From Proteromonas lacertae (lineage: Eukaryota): DNA of 64,000 nucleotides. The notes under the pieces are model-generated. The model did no database searches. It worked only from the letters and a program-made list of their open reading frames with translations, and had not been told where the DNA came from. Positions 26,364 to 41,059 of this stretch are shown one piece after another. Location: contig NGBS01000293.1 of the NCBI GenBank assembly GCA_002245135.1, positions 124,001 through 188,000 on the forward strand, in the 5' to 3' direction. Position 1 is the first letter of the stretch. Every line of letters starts with the position of its first letter. The position numbers and the translations under genes are program-made.

Positions 26364-29300
26364 ATGAAAAATATCTTACTTGTAGGATGTATATATAATT
26401 CTGCTATTCATTTTTAGTGTTATTGTTGATCAATGTGTCAGCGAAAAGCTCCTTTACTTACAATAAAAACGTTGTAAGTTATATAGTCAACAAAAAGATA
26501 GAAAACCTAAGTCCTACTCTCAATGAGAAGGGAATATATACTGTATCACCACATTTAGTGGATGGTTTAAATTTGAATAAAGATACAGGAGTAATTTCAG
26601 GTATACCTTTAAGAAGCGTTAATGAAAATTACACTATTACATTTGTAAATAGTAAAAATAATGTAAAATTAGAATCTGTTATTTATTTCACTAGTATACT
26701 TAGATTTCTAGATTTCTAGATTGGGTTAAACCTACATCAGTTTCGTGTGGATTTTGTAAAATAAAATCTGTCTCAAAAATAAATGACGAGTTTACATGTG
26801 TAGCTAATCAAAAGGTGTCTTCTTTCTCGATTGTCAATCCTTTGGAAGGATTAAGCATTAATAATGAAGGAAAACTCACTTTTACTGATTATAATATAAA
26901 AGGTCTTCAACAGTATATATAAATTCGAAAATTGATTATAATTAGAATAATTATCAAAGCTCAAAATGAAGCAGGAGATGCATCAGTTACAGTGCATACA
27001 GAAATACCAGAAGAAATCAATTATATGACTGGTATAGCTGTTACAACAACACAAACAAGTTCATTTTCTTGTGTAAATGTAAATCCTTCTAATTTGGATG
27101 AATATCAATCAGCCAGTGGTTTATGGAAAGAAATTAAAGAAATTACCGCACTAGGAGCTTATACTAATCAATATTCATGGTTTATAGATCCTACATTGCA
27201 ATGGTCAAATGATTTTAAATATGAATTTGAAGGGTATATCAATGTAACAATTGAAGAAGAATATACTTTCTATTATAACTTAGAAGGAAGAGGAATATTG
27301 AAAATCGATGAAATAGAAGTGATGAATTTAATGAATCAATGTAATGAATGGATTGAAGAAGAAGAAAATGTCAATAAAAACACTATCAATTTAAGTGTTG
27401 GATTACATAAATTCTCTGTTACAGGATATTCTTCTGGATATTATGATGATAATAAAGTTCAGTTGTATAGAATGAATATTAAATATTCAACTGCTTCTAA
27501 TGCTACTATTAGATCAATTCCTTTACTTTGTAGTATATTTCTTATATGTTATATATTTTAGTTGATCCAAGTTTTTATACAATAAAAGATCTTACAGTTG
27601 CAGTTACTCTTCACAATTTCCCAGTAGGAATGAAAGCTGATATTTCATTTAGTTATTTAATGAATAATTACAATGATGAACACTATTGCAATACTACTAC
27701 ATCACTTCCTGATGGTTATTCAATTAATCAATATTCTAACAAAATAGAAGGTAAATCTGATAAAGCACAACCATTAACTCAATATGAATTATACTGTTAT
27801 ACTGCCAATGTTGAAACGAATCATATTATTTTAACTATTGGAATAACAGATCAATTTCGTAAAGGTGTAATTGGTTATTATATGAAACCTAAAAATTTTA
27901 ATGAATATATTTGGAATGATTATAAACCAACTGATACTGAAGTTACTACTGAATTTATTCGAATTGATAAAACAATAAATCATGATGAAACCCCGAATAA
28001 TACAGTTTGGGATGGTTTGTCTGCTAATTTTGCAACAAGATATGCTGTTAGATGGGAAGGATATTTAAATGTAAAACAGCAAATTACTTCATTCAAATTA
28101 TCATCAATAGATGGTTCATGGTTTTATTTCTTTGAAAAAAATAATAATAATCCTTATATGTCTAATAGTGGACAACATAGCTATGAACCTGAATTTAAAT
28201 TTGATTATATTCAACCAGGTTTATACCAAATAGCTGTTTCATATGTGAAAGGGAATAGTGGTAGTGGAATTAAACTTGAAATGATCTTATCTGGAAGTGA
28301 AGAATATGTTCCTGTTGATGATTATTTAGTTTATGTTCCTAATAATGATTTTGAATATACTTATCATACAGCAACCTATACTACTGATAGTGATATATAT
28401 TCTAATATTCCTATATTTACAGATAATATTATAAAAGATAAAGTAATTTCTTCATACGAAATTACACCAATTTTACCTCCCGGATTATTCTTAAATCCAA
28501 CAACATTAGCAATTACTGGAAAACCAACTTCAATCCAAAGTAAAATCGAATATACTGTTACTGCATATTTTGAAGATAAAACTTCATTAAATACTTCAAT
28601 ATATATAAAAATAGATGGTGATCAAATTCCAAGTGGTTATAATATAATTGATTATAATACAGGCGAGGTATTAAGCCCTGTAATTGTGTTTTATTTAGGT
28701 GAACCATATGATATAATTGCAGTTCCAATGAATGGATATGTTGATAAAATCATATTTACAAAGAAACCATCACAGTTGGTGTTAGATTATTATAAAATAC
28801 ATATAAGAAGTAGTGAACCTATAAAAGAGATATTTGAAAATGAAACAATTGAAATAAAAGCTATTTTAGCAGATGGTTCTGAGGTATATCAATCATTTAA
28901 TGCAACTGTAAAAAGTAGATGTGATAATAATAATAATAATGGTAATAATGGTAAAACATTTCATAAATTAAGAAGAAGTAATACTTATAATGAAGGTGGA
29001 TATTATAATATAACAAGTGAAGATGGAAGTATTGATTTATCAGGCATTTTTGATTATTATACAACAACCTATTTTACTGTAGAAATAGGTTGTGTTAATC
29101 CACAAAAGTTCAAGTTTACTGTTCATGATGAATATGGAATGGATGAAGCAATCAAATGGATATTAATAAGTGATGGAAGAGAAGTATCAACAATGAGAAT
29201 GGAAAAAGGTCAAACAGATGGTTCATTTGATGTTTCAACAATTGGTAGTCCACCAACATTAATATATCCCGAAACAGATGTTGTTGTATCTTTAGAAGAT

Positions 29301-32300
29301 CCACATATCCTCCTAAAACCAGATATTGGATCTACACCTATTTCAACATGTTATATGGAAAGTACTGCTGGTTGTTCTTATTTTTCTGTTTATAATAATG
29401 ACTGTAAATTAGATACTTATGCTTATAATATAGTTGATCAATTAACATGTTATATAACAGCTAAAAATGATTTTGGAAAGACAACAATTCCTATTAATAT
29501 TACTGTATCAAGTAAATCAATAACTCAGTTATGTGAAGATAGAGGAAATTCATTATTGATATTAGATATTCATGTAACAAAGATGGAATCTATGAAAATA
29601 TCAATATACAATGAAGATGGAAAAAAAGTAGTGAATTGGTCACCTTATGATTCATTTTTAACAAATGTACAAAAGAAATATTGTCTTGTAAAAGGTAAAT
29701 ATAAAGTCACTTTTAGTAATCCAATTGAAGGAACATCTTGGGGAGATAATTTTGCACAATTGTCATTTTATGACACACCATTAGGAAAATATAGTTTAAG
29801 AGAAGGTGAAGCATCAAAATCTACAACAAGAAACTGTATATATATATATATATATATATAATATATTATTATATATAATTTTAATAGTAATTTATTCACT
29901 TGATGCTACAAACTGAATGGTCATATTCATATCAATATGTTCAAGGTTGGAATTTACCATCTGTACAAGATTCATGGCAAAAATCAAAACTATCTGAATT
30001 AACAGTTGAAGATAGTAAAAACACAGTATATTTAAGATATTTGAAACAATTTGGTAATGATATAAAGAATTATTCATCATTCTATGTTAGAATTCAGTCA
30101 TATAAGTGGAATTATATTCTATATAAATGGTAAAGAATATTACAGACAAAATGTAGATGATGGTGATATAACTCAAGATAGTAAAGCAATATCAAAATTT
30201 GATTCTCTTACTGATATAAAGTTTGTATTACCAATTGATGTATTAAATGAAACTACAACATCATTATCAATGGAATTACATCGATGTGAAGGAGAAACAG
30301 CATTCCCAGAAATCAAATTTGTAGAATTAGAATTAGAAGGTGATAATGAATATGGATGTGAGCCATTGAACCTATATGCTGATGATATAACTGATTTTAG
30401 TGATTATATAGTGAATTATAAAACAGCTGGTTTTGGATTTGATTTAATACCAAATACTTATTGGGGATTCTATAAAGCATCTTATGCAACTATGAGTTTT
30501 AAGAAAAATACTCATGTTTATTTCAATCAATTAGAAATACAAGGATATGGATTGGAAGGATTTAGTCAAGTTAAAGAAGTAATTTTAAGAGGAAAAGAAA
30601 GAACCAGTAGTACATTTAAAGAATTAGCAAAGTTTACTGATATAGAAATATCCAATAAGACAGGATCTGTTATATTCCCAAATTATGATTTAGTATCAAT
30701 GTATGAATCAGTTCAAATTGATATAACTAAACCCGAGAATGAAAATACAGCTGTAAGAGATTTTATATTCAATTTATGTCCAATTAGATATTGTAGTGCA
30801 ATTACTGAATATAATATACCAAGAACAATAAGTGGAACTACTTTGAATATAACATGTTTATCACCACCTGATCAATATAAAGTAATATTCTGTGAAAATG
30901 GAAGAGATCCACAATGGCAAGAATTGATTAATAATTGTATTGAAAGTCCCAAACTAATGGATAAAAGAGATTTTTCATTTGAAGCTGGTAATAGTTATAC
31001 TGATATATCTTTATTCACTGTATCTGGTCCAAATATTCAATATTCAATGTTGCAAGATATAAAAGGTTTAATATTCAATACAAATACTGGGAAATTATCT
31101 GGAACTCCACTAGAAGTTGTAGTTGAAAGATCATTCTATTTCAATGCAAAGAATAACTTTGATCCAACAGGAATAACATTTGATGTAAAACTATCAGTAA
31201 AAGAAGTCAACAAAACCAGTATTTTTGAATGTGAATGAATCAATCACAATAACTGCAGGAAGTGAAATAAAAGAAATGAAATTATTCACAGTGTTAGGGA
31301 GGGATTTAGAATTTGTGGTATTAAATTTACCAAGTGGATTATCATTCGATAAAGAAAAGAGAGTAATCAATGGAATAGCTTTAAAAGATGGTGTTTATAA
31401 TACAACATTTAAAGCATCAAATGTGAATAATACCGAATATGCCACAGTTACAATAACTGTATTATATCCAGACAAGCCATTAATATCAAAGATACAAGCC
31501 AATATAAAGATGTTTTATTATGAGAATTACACTGGAATTATCCCAATTCAATGTTTAGGAAGAGATGTGAAATATACTACAAAATCCAAATTACCTGATG
31601 GATTAAGTCTAATAGTATCAAATGGTGAATTGAAAGGTATTGTAACTTCTCCAATATCCAGTGAATTTAAGATTAATATAATCTGCTCAAACGTGAATGG
31701 AAGTATTAGTGGCGATTCAACAATAAAGATTGAAGAGAGTAGTTATCCAATATTAGTGAATTATGAAAAAGTAGTAACAATAATAGGAGGTGTAGATTAT
31801 GTTAATCATAAGTTTTGTAATGTAAGTGGAAGTGATATAAGTTATTCATTAACTACATCATTCCCTGATTATTTGAAGTTTGATAAAAATAGTGGAACAA
31901 TAAGTGGTTATGTTTTAAAGAAATATAATGATATAGTCTTCACAATGATAATAAGTGGAGGAGGTAAATCAATTCATTTCGATTTTACATTATCATTTGT
32001 AATAGAAGACAAACCAATAGTTGTAGAACATACTGTAGTTAAAGAAAAGAAATTTACTGGTGGTTCTGAAATTAATGGATTTAAACTGTTTGAAGTGGTT
32101 GGAACAAATATTGCAATTACCGTAACTCCACCATTACCAAGTGGAATATATATTAATAAGAATTCTGCAATGATTTATGGAATTGCTTCAGAAATCAAAC
32201 CAGCACAAAACTATGTATTTACAGTAAAGAATCCTCCATCACCTGAAGAGATAAAAGTAACAATTCATTTAGAATTTGAAACAGTTCATTGTTCAGCTGA

Positions 32301-32634
32301 TGCTGGTTTTCCTGATACAATAGCAATAACAGGAGGTAAAACAGTAATAATCAAATGTAGTGGTGGAAAATCAGGTTATATGAGTAGAAGCTGTTATTTA
32401 ACAGATGCTAAACCAATTTGGTCTGGTGTTCGTGATGATTGTACTTCTGATGCTGGAACAATAGCTGCGATAGTTGTTGGTGTAATTGCTGCATTGATTG
32501 TTGTTGGTTGTATTGTTTTATTCTGTGTGTTGAGAAGTGGAATATTCAGAAAGAGAGCTACTTCATCAGTAGGAAGATCAAGTAGAACTAAATCAATGGT
32601 TGAAAATATGAATGAAAAAGTAGTAAAAATATAA
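26364..32634 (+). CDS. Large type-I membrane surface protein: signal peptide, repeated He_PIG Ig-like domains, two PA14-like domains, Cys-rich HRM-like modules, TM and short tail
   Basis: Signal MKNILLVG|LLLLINVSA. Repeated LP.GL.(L/F)....G.ISG motifs. PA14-like FEGYINV..YTF and RWEGYLNV..SIDGSW. TM IAAIVVGVIAALIVVGCIVLFCVL. Five short introns; +1 indels near 30095 and 31213. Confidence 0.8.
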
Positions 32635-33064
32635 AGTAGATAAAAAGATAATGGTTATTGTAATAAAGATTGTTGATGTAAAATGTTTTTATTATGTTTC
32701 TTTTTTATATTTACGGAGTTTTATATTATTTAAAGTTGAATAAAAATATGAAGAATTAGCTTAATTTCTTTGCATGTTTAACTAACTTCTTATATGCAAA
32801 ATAGAATTTTAAAAGCTTGAACTAATACAAGCTTTTAGTGAAAATTCAAAATAGAATATTACATGTTATAGTAAGAATTATATTAAGAATGATATGCTAT
32901 TTAATTATGAAAGTAAGCGTCAATTCATTTGTATGTGATTAAATGGTTTATATACATTCTATTTTGTACAAAATTAGATTAAGTATTGAAATTGTATAAT
33001 TATTATTAAATGCGCTATTCAATTATTTATATTTTGAATTGTGTTATATAGGTGATAATTACAT

Positions 33065-35186
33065 TTAATCTTGATGAAAAACTGATAATAGTTCAATTGA
33101 AATATATCCATATAATACAGCATAAGGATATAATGGAGAAGGTAAATCTTTAACAAGTAAAACAGGAGATGAATTATTATGACTAATCCAAAATTCTCTT
33201 TTATTCATATCAACAATCACTTCATAAACTGAACCATCTCCATGATTTTTGAAATTTGGATTTTTACTAACAACTGTTCCAATATTACAAAATGAAGTAA
33301 TATCTTTACTTTTACCATTACATGCATAATAATTACATGTTGTTGATTGATCATAAATATTATTACCAGAATATATATTATCAGTTGATAATCCTAACAT
33401 CATACTATCATATTCACTTCCATTTTGATGATATTTATATTTGATATGATAAATTCCATTTTCCATTTTCAAATTTAAATAACAATGATTAAAACCATGA
33501 TATCTAATTGTTTTTGTTATTAATTTTCCATTATTTGATATTGATATTCCATAACTTTTGTTTAATTCTGTGAATTTAATCTGAAATTCTAATGAAATTT
33601 TGAATTTATTTTCATTTAGAATATTCTTACAACTTATTTCATATTCTCTCTTTTCGATTTCTTTTTCCACTTTTCCATGAATTATTCCACTTTCTTTATC
33701 TATCATTAAACCATCTGGCAATGAAGGATTTATTGAAAATTCACATCGATTTCCATCAAATGAAGGAATTATTGACATTTCTTCATCTAATATAAATGAA
33801 TATTCTGATTGAGGATATGAAAATGATGTGATTTCTTTTGTTTTTAATTCACTCAATAATTCTTTATCTTTCATTATTACAATCATTTCTTCTTCTTCTT
33901 CGAAACTCAGTTTATTCTCTTTTATATATTCTATTAATAATTCTTTGGATTTGGAGTTTAGATAATTATCTTCATTCAATATTCTAAAAGGAATTTCTTT
34001 TCCACATACTTCTTCTATTATTGAAATATTCTTTTTATCATCAACAAACAAACATAAACATCTCATTGTTCGATTTCTTTTATTCTCATTATATTCTATA
34101 CATAATCTTTCCAATAGATTTCTCTTTTCGATATTTGAGATATATTCTATTTAAATATATTTTTACTATTTATACTTTCCTTTTTCATATTTTTATATTT
34201 CATTATCATCAATACTATTTCCATCATTTTTATGTTATTCATTTCTAATATACACATTATTTCATCATTCAATTCTTCTTCTTTCATTTTATTCCAATAT
34301 TCTTCTTTCTTTTTCATTAAAGTCTTCTTCTTTATCTTCATTGTAATTGTTGATTATTACATTTTGAATTCTATCATCTTTTATTAAATATATTTCTATA
34401 TGATTTTTACATTCATTTTTCTTTAATTCTATTTTCATTTCTTTCAACATTTCTTTATTCTCTTTTTCTATCTCTTTCTCTTTTATCTTTTCACAATCGA
34501 TATCTTCTTCTATCAATTGCTTAAAATCATCTTGTATCTCTTTATTATCTTTCTTATTCTTTTGGAATTTATACCATTCGAATAAGCGATTTAATAACCA
34601 TAACTCATTCACTATTATCACATCTTTCATATTTAATATCTCACTCAAATTATTCATTTCTAACCTCAACAAATATTCATTCTTATATAAATATTTATAT
34701 CCTCGCTTTTCTATTTCCATATTTTTCAAGTCTTCTATCTCTCTCAAACATCCACCAAATACATTACATATATGAATTAATTTCATTAATACTTCATCAT
34801 CTATATTATTCTTCACAAATTCATAACAATCATTTATTATCTCTTTTTCACAATAACATAAACAAAACAACAACACTTCACACACACTCTCTTTACTGAT
34901 TATCAGTTCACCACCACTGTAGTATTTCTCCATCTCATAATAGCCAATTTCTTCGATTTCTTCATATAACTCCAAAACTCCAACAAACTCACGATCTAAC
35001 AACAGTTTCTTTACAGTTTCATTTCCATTCACTAAAATTGATTTGATTGACATTATTCGACTATCTCCAATCTTCACTTCTATATCACCAAAACCACTTT
35101 CAACCAATTTTCGACATAATCTATCATAAAAATAAATACAAAATATACCCATATTCTCTTATGCTTTTATTCACTTTTCTTATCAT
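33065..35186 (-). CDS. BTB-Ig-SPRY-like protein, copy 3 (one +1 indel near 34294)
   Basis: Starts MIRKVNKSIREYG|LCRKLV with the same introns as copies 1 and 2; distinct C-terminal end (VFHQD). Confidence 0.7.
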
Positions 35187-35661
35187 CTTTATGTAAATAT
35201 ATAAACAAAAATAACGAAATTCAATTTTTATCAAAATTTTGAATAACCCAAAACTTAAAATGTGAAAAACATTCTATATATCAATATTGAAGATTATATT
35301 GGTATATAAATCCATTCATTATGCTCAATGAAGATGAAATAGTTACATTATTTGCTATTGATATATGTAATTTCTTATTCTACCCATTTATTACATCTTT
35401 CTCAATCTAATCAAAATATACACATCTGAAATAAATAAATATTTTATTAAAATTATTATAGCTATTAATACGGTTTCTTTCTTTTATCTGTTTGAAATTG
35501 AACTGTAAAACGATTTCTCTTCAGACATATCTGGCTGACTCATTTGAGATTGAGAATTAAACTCACTATTAGCTTTATTACCTTTACTATTCAATATTGC
35601 TGAACCTTGTGATCTAGAAGATGCACTTCTCGTCTTTCTTGGAGAATCACTCGAAGGAGAA
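35187..35661 (-). repeat. Inverted near-identical copy of 1656-2129 (CFAP73 3' coding end plus intergenic DNA)
   Basis: The reverse complement reads TTCTCCTTCGAGTGATTCTCCAAGAAAGACGAGAAG..TTCAAACAGATAAAAG.., matching 1656 onward with few substitutions. Confidence 0.9.
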
Positions 35662-36165
35662 ATAGATGTTTAACTTGTAGTGCAATATCTGAAAGTGATG
35701 AAGGTTATAATGGTATTAATTATGAATGAAATATTGTGTTGAAGTGTTATAGTTGAAGATGGAATATTTTTAAATTGTGATTCGCTCATTATTGCATTTG
35801 TTGTTAAACCAGGACTTTTCACTATGCACTATCATGTACACTGGTGTAGTAAATATTCCGTACAGTGGTGAGAGTAGCAATCTAAGTGAAGATATAAAAT
35901 CTATAAATGAAAGGTTAAACAGTTTATTCAATGAAATAAAAAGGATTGGTGATAATTCACATTATTGGATTTTGTAGATAATATTTTTTATTACTTATAA
36001 TCAAAAACTAATTATATTATGATAATTGTTAATTCTTTCTTTTTTTAATGTTAAACAATAAACACAATTTTTGGATTGATAATGAATTAATATATTCATT
36101 CAATTATTTTCTGTTAATTTTATCACAACCAATAAACAAAAACAATATATTAATATTTATAATTA

Positions 36166-39100
36166 TCATGGAGATTCTATTGGACCAGGTAATCTGGTTT
36201 CTATAATAATTAAATAACTATATAAATATATACTTTGAGGTGTTTGAACTTCTATTTCTTTCTCAGTTTCTTTCTCATTATCATTTTCGTTATATTCATT
36301 TTCGTTTTGATGGTTTTCTATTTCAGGTGTTTGGTTATTATCATTTGCTATAATCACTGCATTTTCATTATTATTCTCATTCTGAATATCATCAACATTT
36401 TCAAGTTGTTTATTTTCTTCTTCTTTTCTTTCTTCTTCTTCCTTTTCTACTTCTTCTTCTTTTGAATTGTTCGTTGTTTCTAGTTGTTGTTGTTGTTCTA
36501 CTACTTCTTCTTTCTTTTGATTATTCACTCTTTCATTATCTTCTTGAGCAGCATTTGTTTCACTTTTAATCTCATCCTCTTTCTTATCTATTGAATTTCT
36601 TTTAATCATATTCACATCATTATCATCATCAATGTTATTATCATCATCTATTTTTAATTTATCATTTGTAATTAATTCAATCAACTTATCATTCTTTTCT
36701 TTAGATATTAATTTACAATCTATTATTATTGTACACATAGTGGTGTAAGATTGTTCAATATATGTATCGATATCTTGGTCATTTTTATACACTTTATGTA
36801 ATAAATGATACCATCTTAACATCTTCACTAATAACTCTGAAAAGTCTTCTCTAATGATCAATTCATCAATTCTGAAACATAATAACTATTCAAATAATAA
36901 TTACTAATAATAAATATACTGAAGATAGTAATTTTGAACATTTTGAACATAACTGTAATCCATTAATTATCTCATCTGATGTTAAATCTTCTCCACTCAA
37001 TTTACGAAGTATTGGATTCTTGATAATTGAATGGCTCTTTGATTTTGTTACAATATTGGAGAGAAGTGGAATGATTATTACTTCAATAATCTCTTTATAG
37101 AGTGATATTGAGATGTGTTTGATATTTTCATTACATAATATCTTCTACATAATAATAAAATAGTAATAAATATATACTGTAAATGCTTTTATTGATAATT
37201 CTTTTATGATTAATCTATTATCCATTCCACATACACATAAACTGTTTAAAAATGAATTAACTAAGTTGATATGTAAATCTCTTTCTTGTTGTGGATATGA
37301 TTGAATACTATTCAATAAATTATTCACTATTGTTATTATTGAACTAATAGATTTAGCTATCAAATTACAATTAATATTAAAGAAAAATCAAATCATAATA
37401 ATAATAATAAAAAGATATTCAACTGATAATCCTTGTAAACGATAATAATAGTTAATTAATTCAATCATTTTACCATATACATTCAAATCAGTATATTCAT
37501 AACATAACATTTCACATAATATATCAAAGCATTGTCTAGATGATGGTGGATTTACACTTGTCTTTTCTAGTAATGTTAATATTGGAGATAATTGTTTTTC
37601 CGTACTAAATCTGAATGATTCTATCTTCACTATTCTTGCTAAACCTCTAGTTATTTGAATTACCAATTTGTTACATATTTCATTCTCCAGATTGGCTAAT
37701 AGTTCATATAATTGAAATGATAAAGTTAATGTTTTATATTTGAATAGCAATACTGATGTTATTGTTAAAACACTTTCTATTATTCCTTCTAAGGTGTAAT
37801 TCAACTTGGATGTATTTGTTAGAACAATAATTAATGAGTTACGATACTATACAATAAATAAATAAATATAAATATAAATATAAATATATATATATACAGC
37901 AGGAATAAGTGATTCAAAATGTGATTCAGCGTTACAAATCACTTCACTGAACAACAATGCACCAAAATATGGAGTAGGAGGAATAGTATATATTGAAGAA
38001 ATTGCATTATTAGACATCTTTCTAAGTCCATCTTCTGATCGTATATCTACACCAATTTCCATCTGTAAAGCGCTTATTAAGTAGTCAATACAGTCATCTC
38101 CTATCTTTGTTATTGATTCTATCACATTTTCCATATGGCAATTCTCTATACATCTTTCAACTAATAATAATTTTACTACTTCTAAATCTAATAATGAATT
38201 CTCATTCCATTTCACTAGGATTGGTTCTTCAAACTATTTAAACATAATATATATATATATATATACAAAGTCTTGTTGAGTAGTTTGATAATCTCCAAAT
38301 ATATATGAAAAGAATCCAGTATATTCTTTCTCATTAGCTTGGTCTAAAATACTATCAAACTGTTTTCTTTCATCTTCCATTAATAAGTCATATTTCATAT
38401 GGAAAATGAAGGGAGGAAGCAAATTGACACGATATAGAATACATAATATATGAACCTATAAATATAAATATAAATATATAAATATATAAAATATACAATC
38501 CAATTCCATCCACCTTGAATAGCCATACATGTTGAATTAATCAAACAAAACAACAACTTCAAACTATTCATCGCCTTTTGATTACTACCAAACTCCAATA
38601 CTCTTTGAATATAAGATGATGTAAATGTTGGACTATCTAATGGAGATAATAATATTGTTTGTTCACATAATCGTGTAATTATTGTATCAATGAGAGTGTA
38701 TAACTTATAGAATGATCCAATTTGGTATAACATCTTCAGCCCATTTTCACATAGTGAATATAACCCATCAGTTTCATGAATAATGGAGAAATATGTTGTG
38801 TCAAATGTTTTCCATAATGATGTAACCATTTCATGATCATATATTGATATATATGTTAATGGTTCATATTCCATCATCTGCATCTGACCAAATTGAGGAT
38901 TTTTGCGGATTGTTCTGATCTGGTCTCTATAAGATTCTAATCTTAATTCATCTGAGGATGTGTCTGAAGTACAGATCTGTTCACATGCTATTGAATTGTA
39001 AATATCTTCCAGGAATTCATCAGGTAAATCTTTTTCTTGTTTTACTTCACCACCTCCATAATTTCTATTCACTTTGATAAATTCAGCTTTTTTCATTCTT

Positions 39101-41059
39101 CTTTCAGGTTTCATCTATATATTTATATATATAATAACTAAACAAACAATAACTATATATACATTTGGATTATGTAAATCAGTATTCAACATAATAATCG
39201 AAAATGTCAAACAGAATGCTACATCTGAAGTAGTAATAAATTCTTTTTCTAAACAGTTTTTGCATACTTCATCACTAAATGCTTGAACTATTGCATCTAT
39301 CTGTTGAGCTTCTCCTGGCAATCTAAAACATTCTAAAAACATTCTTAAATTGTCTAATAATTTTTGATTATTGAAATCGAATGTTTTAACATATTCTTTA
39401 AGCACTTCTTTATTAAAATCATTTGTTGTTGTTCCTATATATTCACCTATCAATTTCTTATTTAGACCAGAAGTATATCTAAATAATTCAGCCACTTCTT
39501 TTGGGCTTGGTGGGTTTGAAAGCAATTTTATATCTTGAAAGAACTGTAAACCACTTTTTGGATTATCATTAAATATAGATATTCCTTTTTGTAATGTTTT
39601 TCTATCATTCTTTTTATCAATTAACATTTGAGTTGTCATTCTATGTTGCTTTGTGCAATCTATAGCTTCAGTTACACATTCTTTCAATCCTTTACATCGA
39701 TTATAACTACATTCTAATCCTCTATTCATTATAGCTATTGAATAGTCACTTTGACTGTAATTATTAGTCGCTCGTTGACTTAAACATTGATATAATAATT
39801 CACATAACGGATATTTTTTTGGATCACAATCATAATTAACATATAAATCAATAATGAAAGTATTATCACTGAACAGATCATATAATACATCCAACATTGT
39901 TGTTAATTGAACAGAACTTTCAGGTGAATTCAATCCTTTGAAGAATATGTGTATAAAATATAATTCTATTTGATATTTATTAATCTCTCTATATTCAATT
40001 AATAATATATAAATATTTCTCAAAGCATGGTAGAATAAGATTGGAGCTAGGTTATTTTGATATATTTTTATTAAATAGAATGGTAAATTCTCATTTAACA
40101 TGTTTCTATATTCTTCATTATTCAATACTAATTCCTTTGATTGAGTCAATATTATTGATAATAATTCCAAACATAATAATCTTACATTCATTAAACTATC
40201 TTCAGATATTCCTCCACCAACTGCATCTGGGTTTATACGGTAGATAAAGTAGTTTAATGTCTTCAAGCCTGTTTCAAATCCTGGAACATTTTTTCTAATT
40301 TCTTCTTCTTCATCATCGATTTTTTCATTATTGTTGTTTCTTTTCATTATTATATTGGTGTGATAGAAATAAGACACTCTTTTGTATAGATGATGAATGA
40401 TATCTTTCAATTCTTCTTCTGATAGTGAACGTAGGAATGTAGAATATCCAACATCATAAGTACCAATTAAAATTGTGTTTATAATCTCCCAAATGTGATC
40501 ATCATCTAAACAAATTCCTACTTTACTGATATAGAGGTATGTTAAAAACTTAATAATCTTCATTAGTACCTTTTCATCATCGACTTTGTCTGTAGCATCG
40601 AATTTGCATTGAGATACAGCATCTACTGTGTTATTCAATGCATCTCCTATATTCTCTAACTCTGGTTTTAAAATGTCATACTGTATAAATACAGAGAGTG
40701 CGTCTAATATGGAATTGACTATTGGACCATTTACTTTTGAACAGGAAATGAGAGAAATAAACGGTTTTAATAGTTCAAATGCTGTCAAAGATGGGTTTTC
40801 TATTTGAAATATATACATGAAATATGATACTATTGAAATTATTGGATACTGTGGAAGTGAGCTTTTTAATCTCCAATATTGCATCATTTTCAGCAGAAAT
40901 ATCTTCATTGTTTCCTTTAACATATCTCTAAAGAATAGAACATATATAAAACAATACATTCGTAAACAATGAACTCCAAAATAAACTCTGCCTAAGAGAC
41001 TCTGTAACACCGCGTATTTGCTTGAGTATAATCTCAAGATCATGTTTTTCAAATTTCAT
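36166..41059 (-). CDS. GBF1: Large ARF-GEF of the GBF1/Gea subfamily (DCB, HUS, Sec7, HDS domains)
   Basis: HUS box LYVNYDCD; Sec7 FRLPGEAQQID and IIMLNTDLHNP; N-terminal LLKPFISLI..GPIVNSILDAL..AVSQCKFDATD. True start MKFEKHDLEIILKQI at 41059; many short introns. Confidence 0.9.

Noticed and set aside
35777..35977. 66-aa ORF beside the duplication breakpoint
   Set aside because: GTG start, no recognisable motif and no clear exon structure; it may be a decayed fragment.
40800..41052. ORF-track N-terminus of GBF1 (MKNMILRL..)
   Set aside because: Wrong frame; two short introns give a GBF1-like N-terminus starting at 41059.
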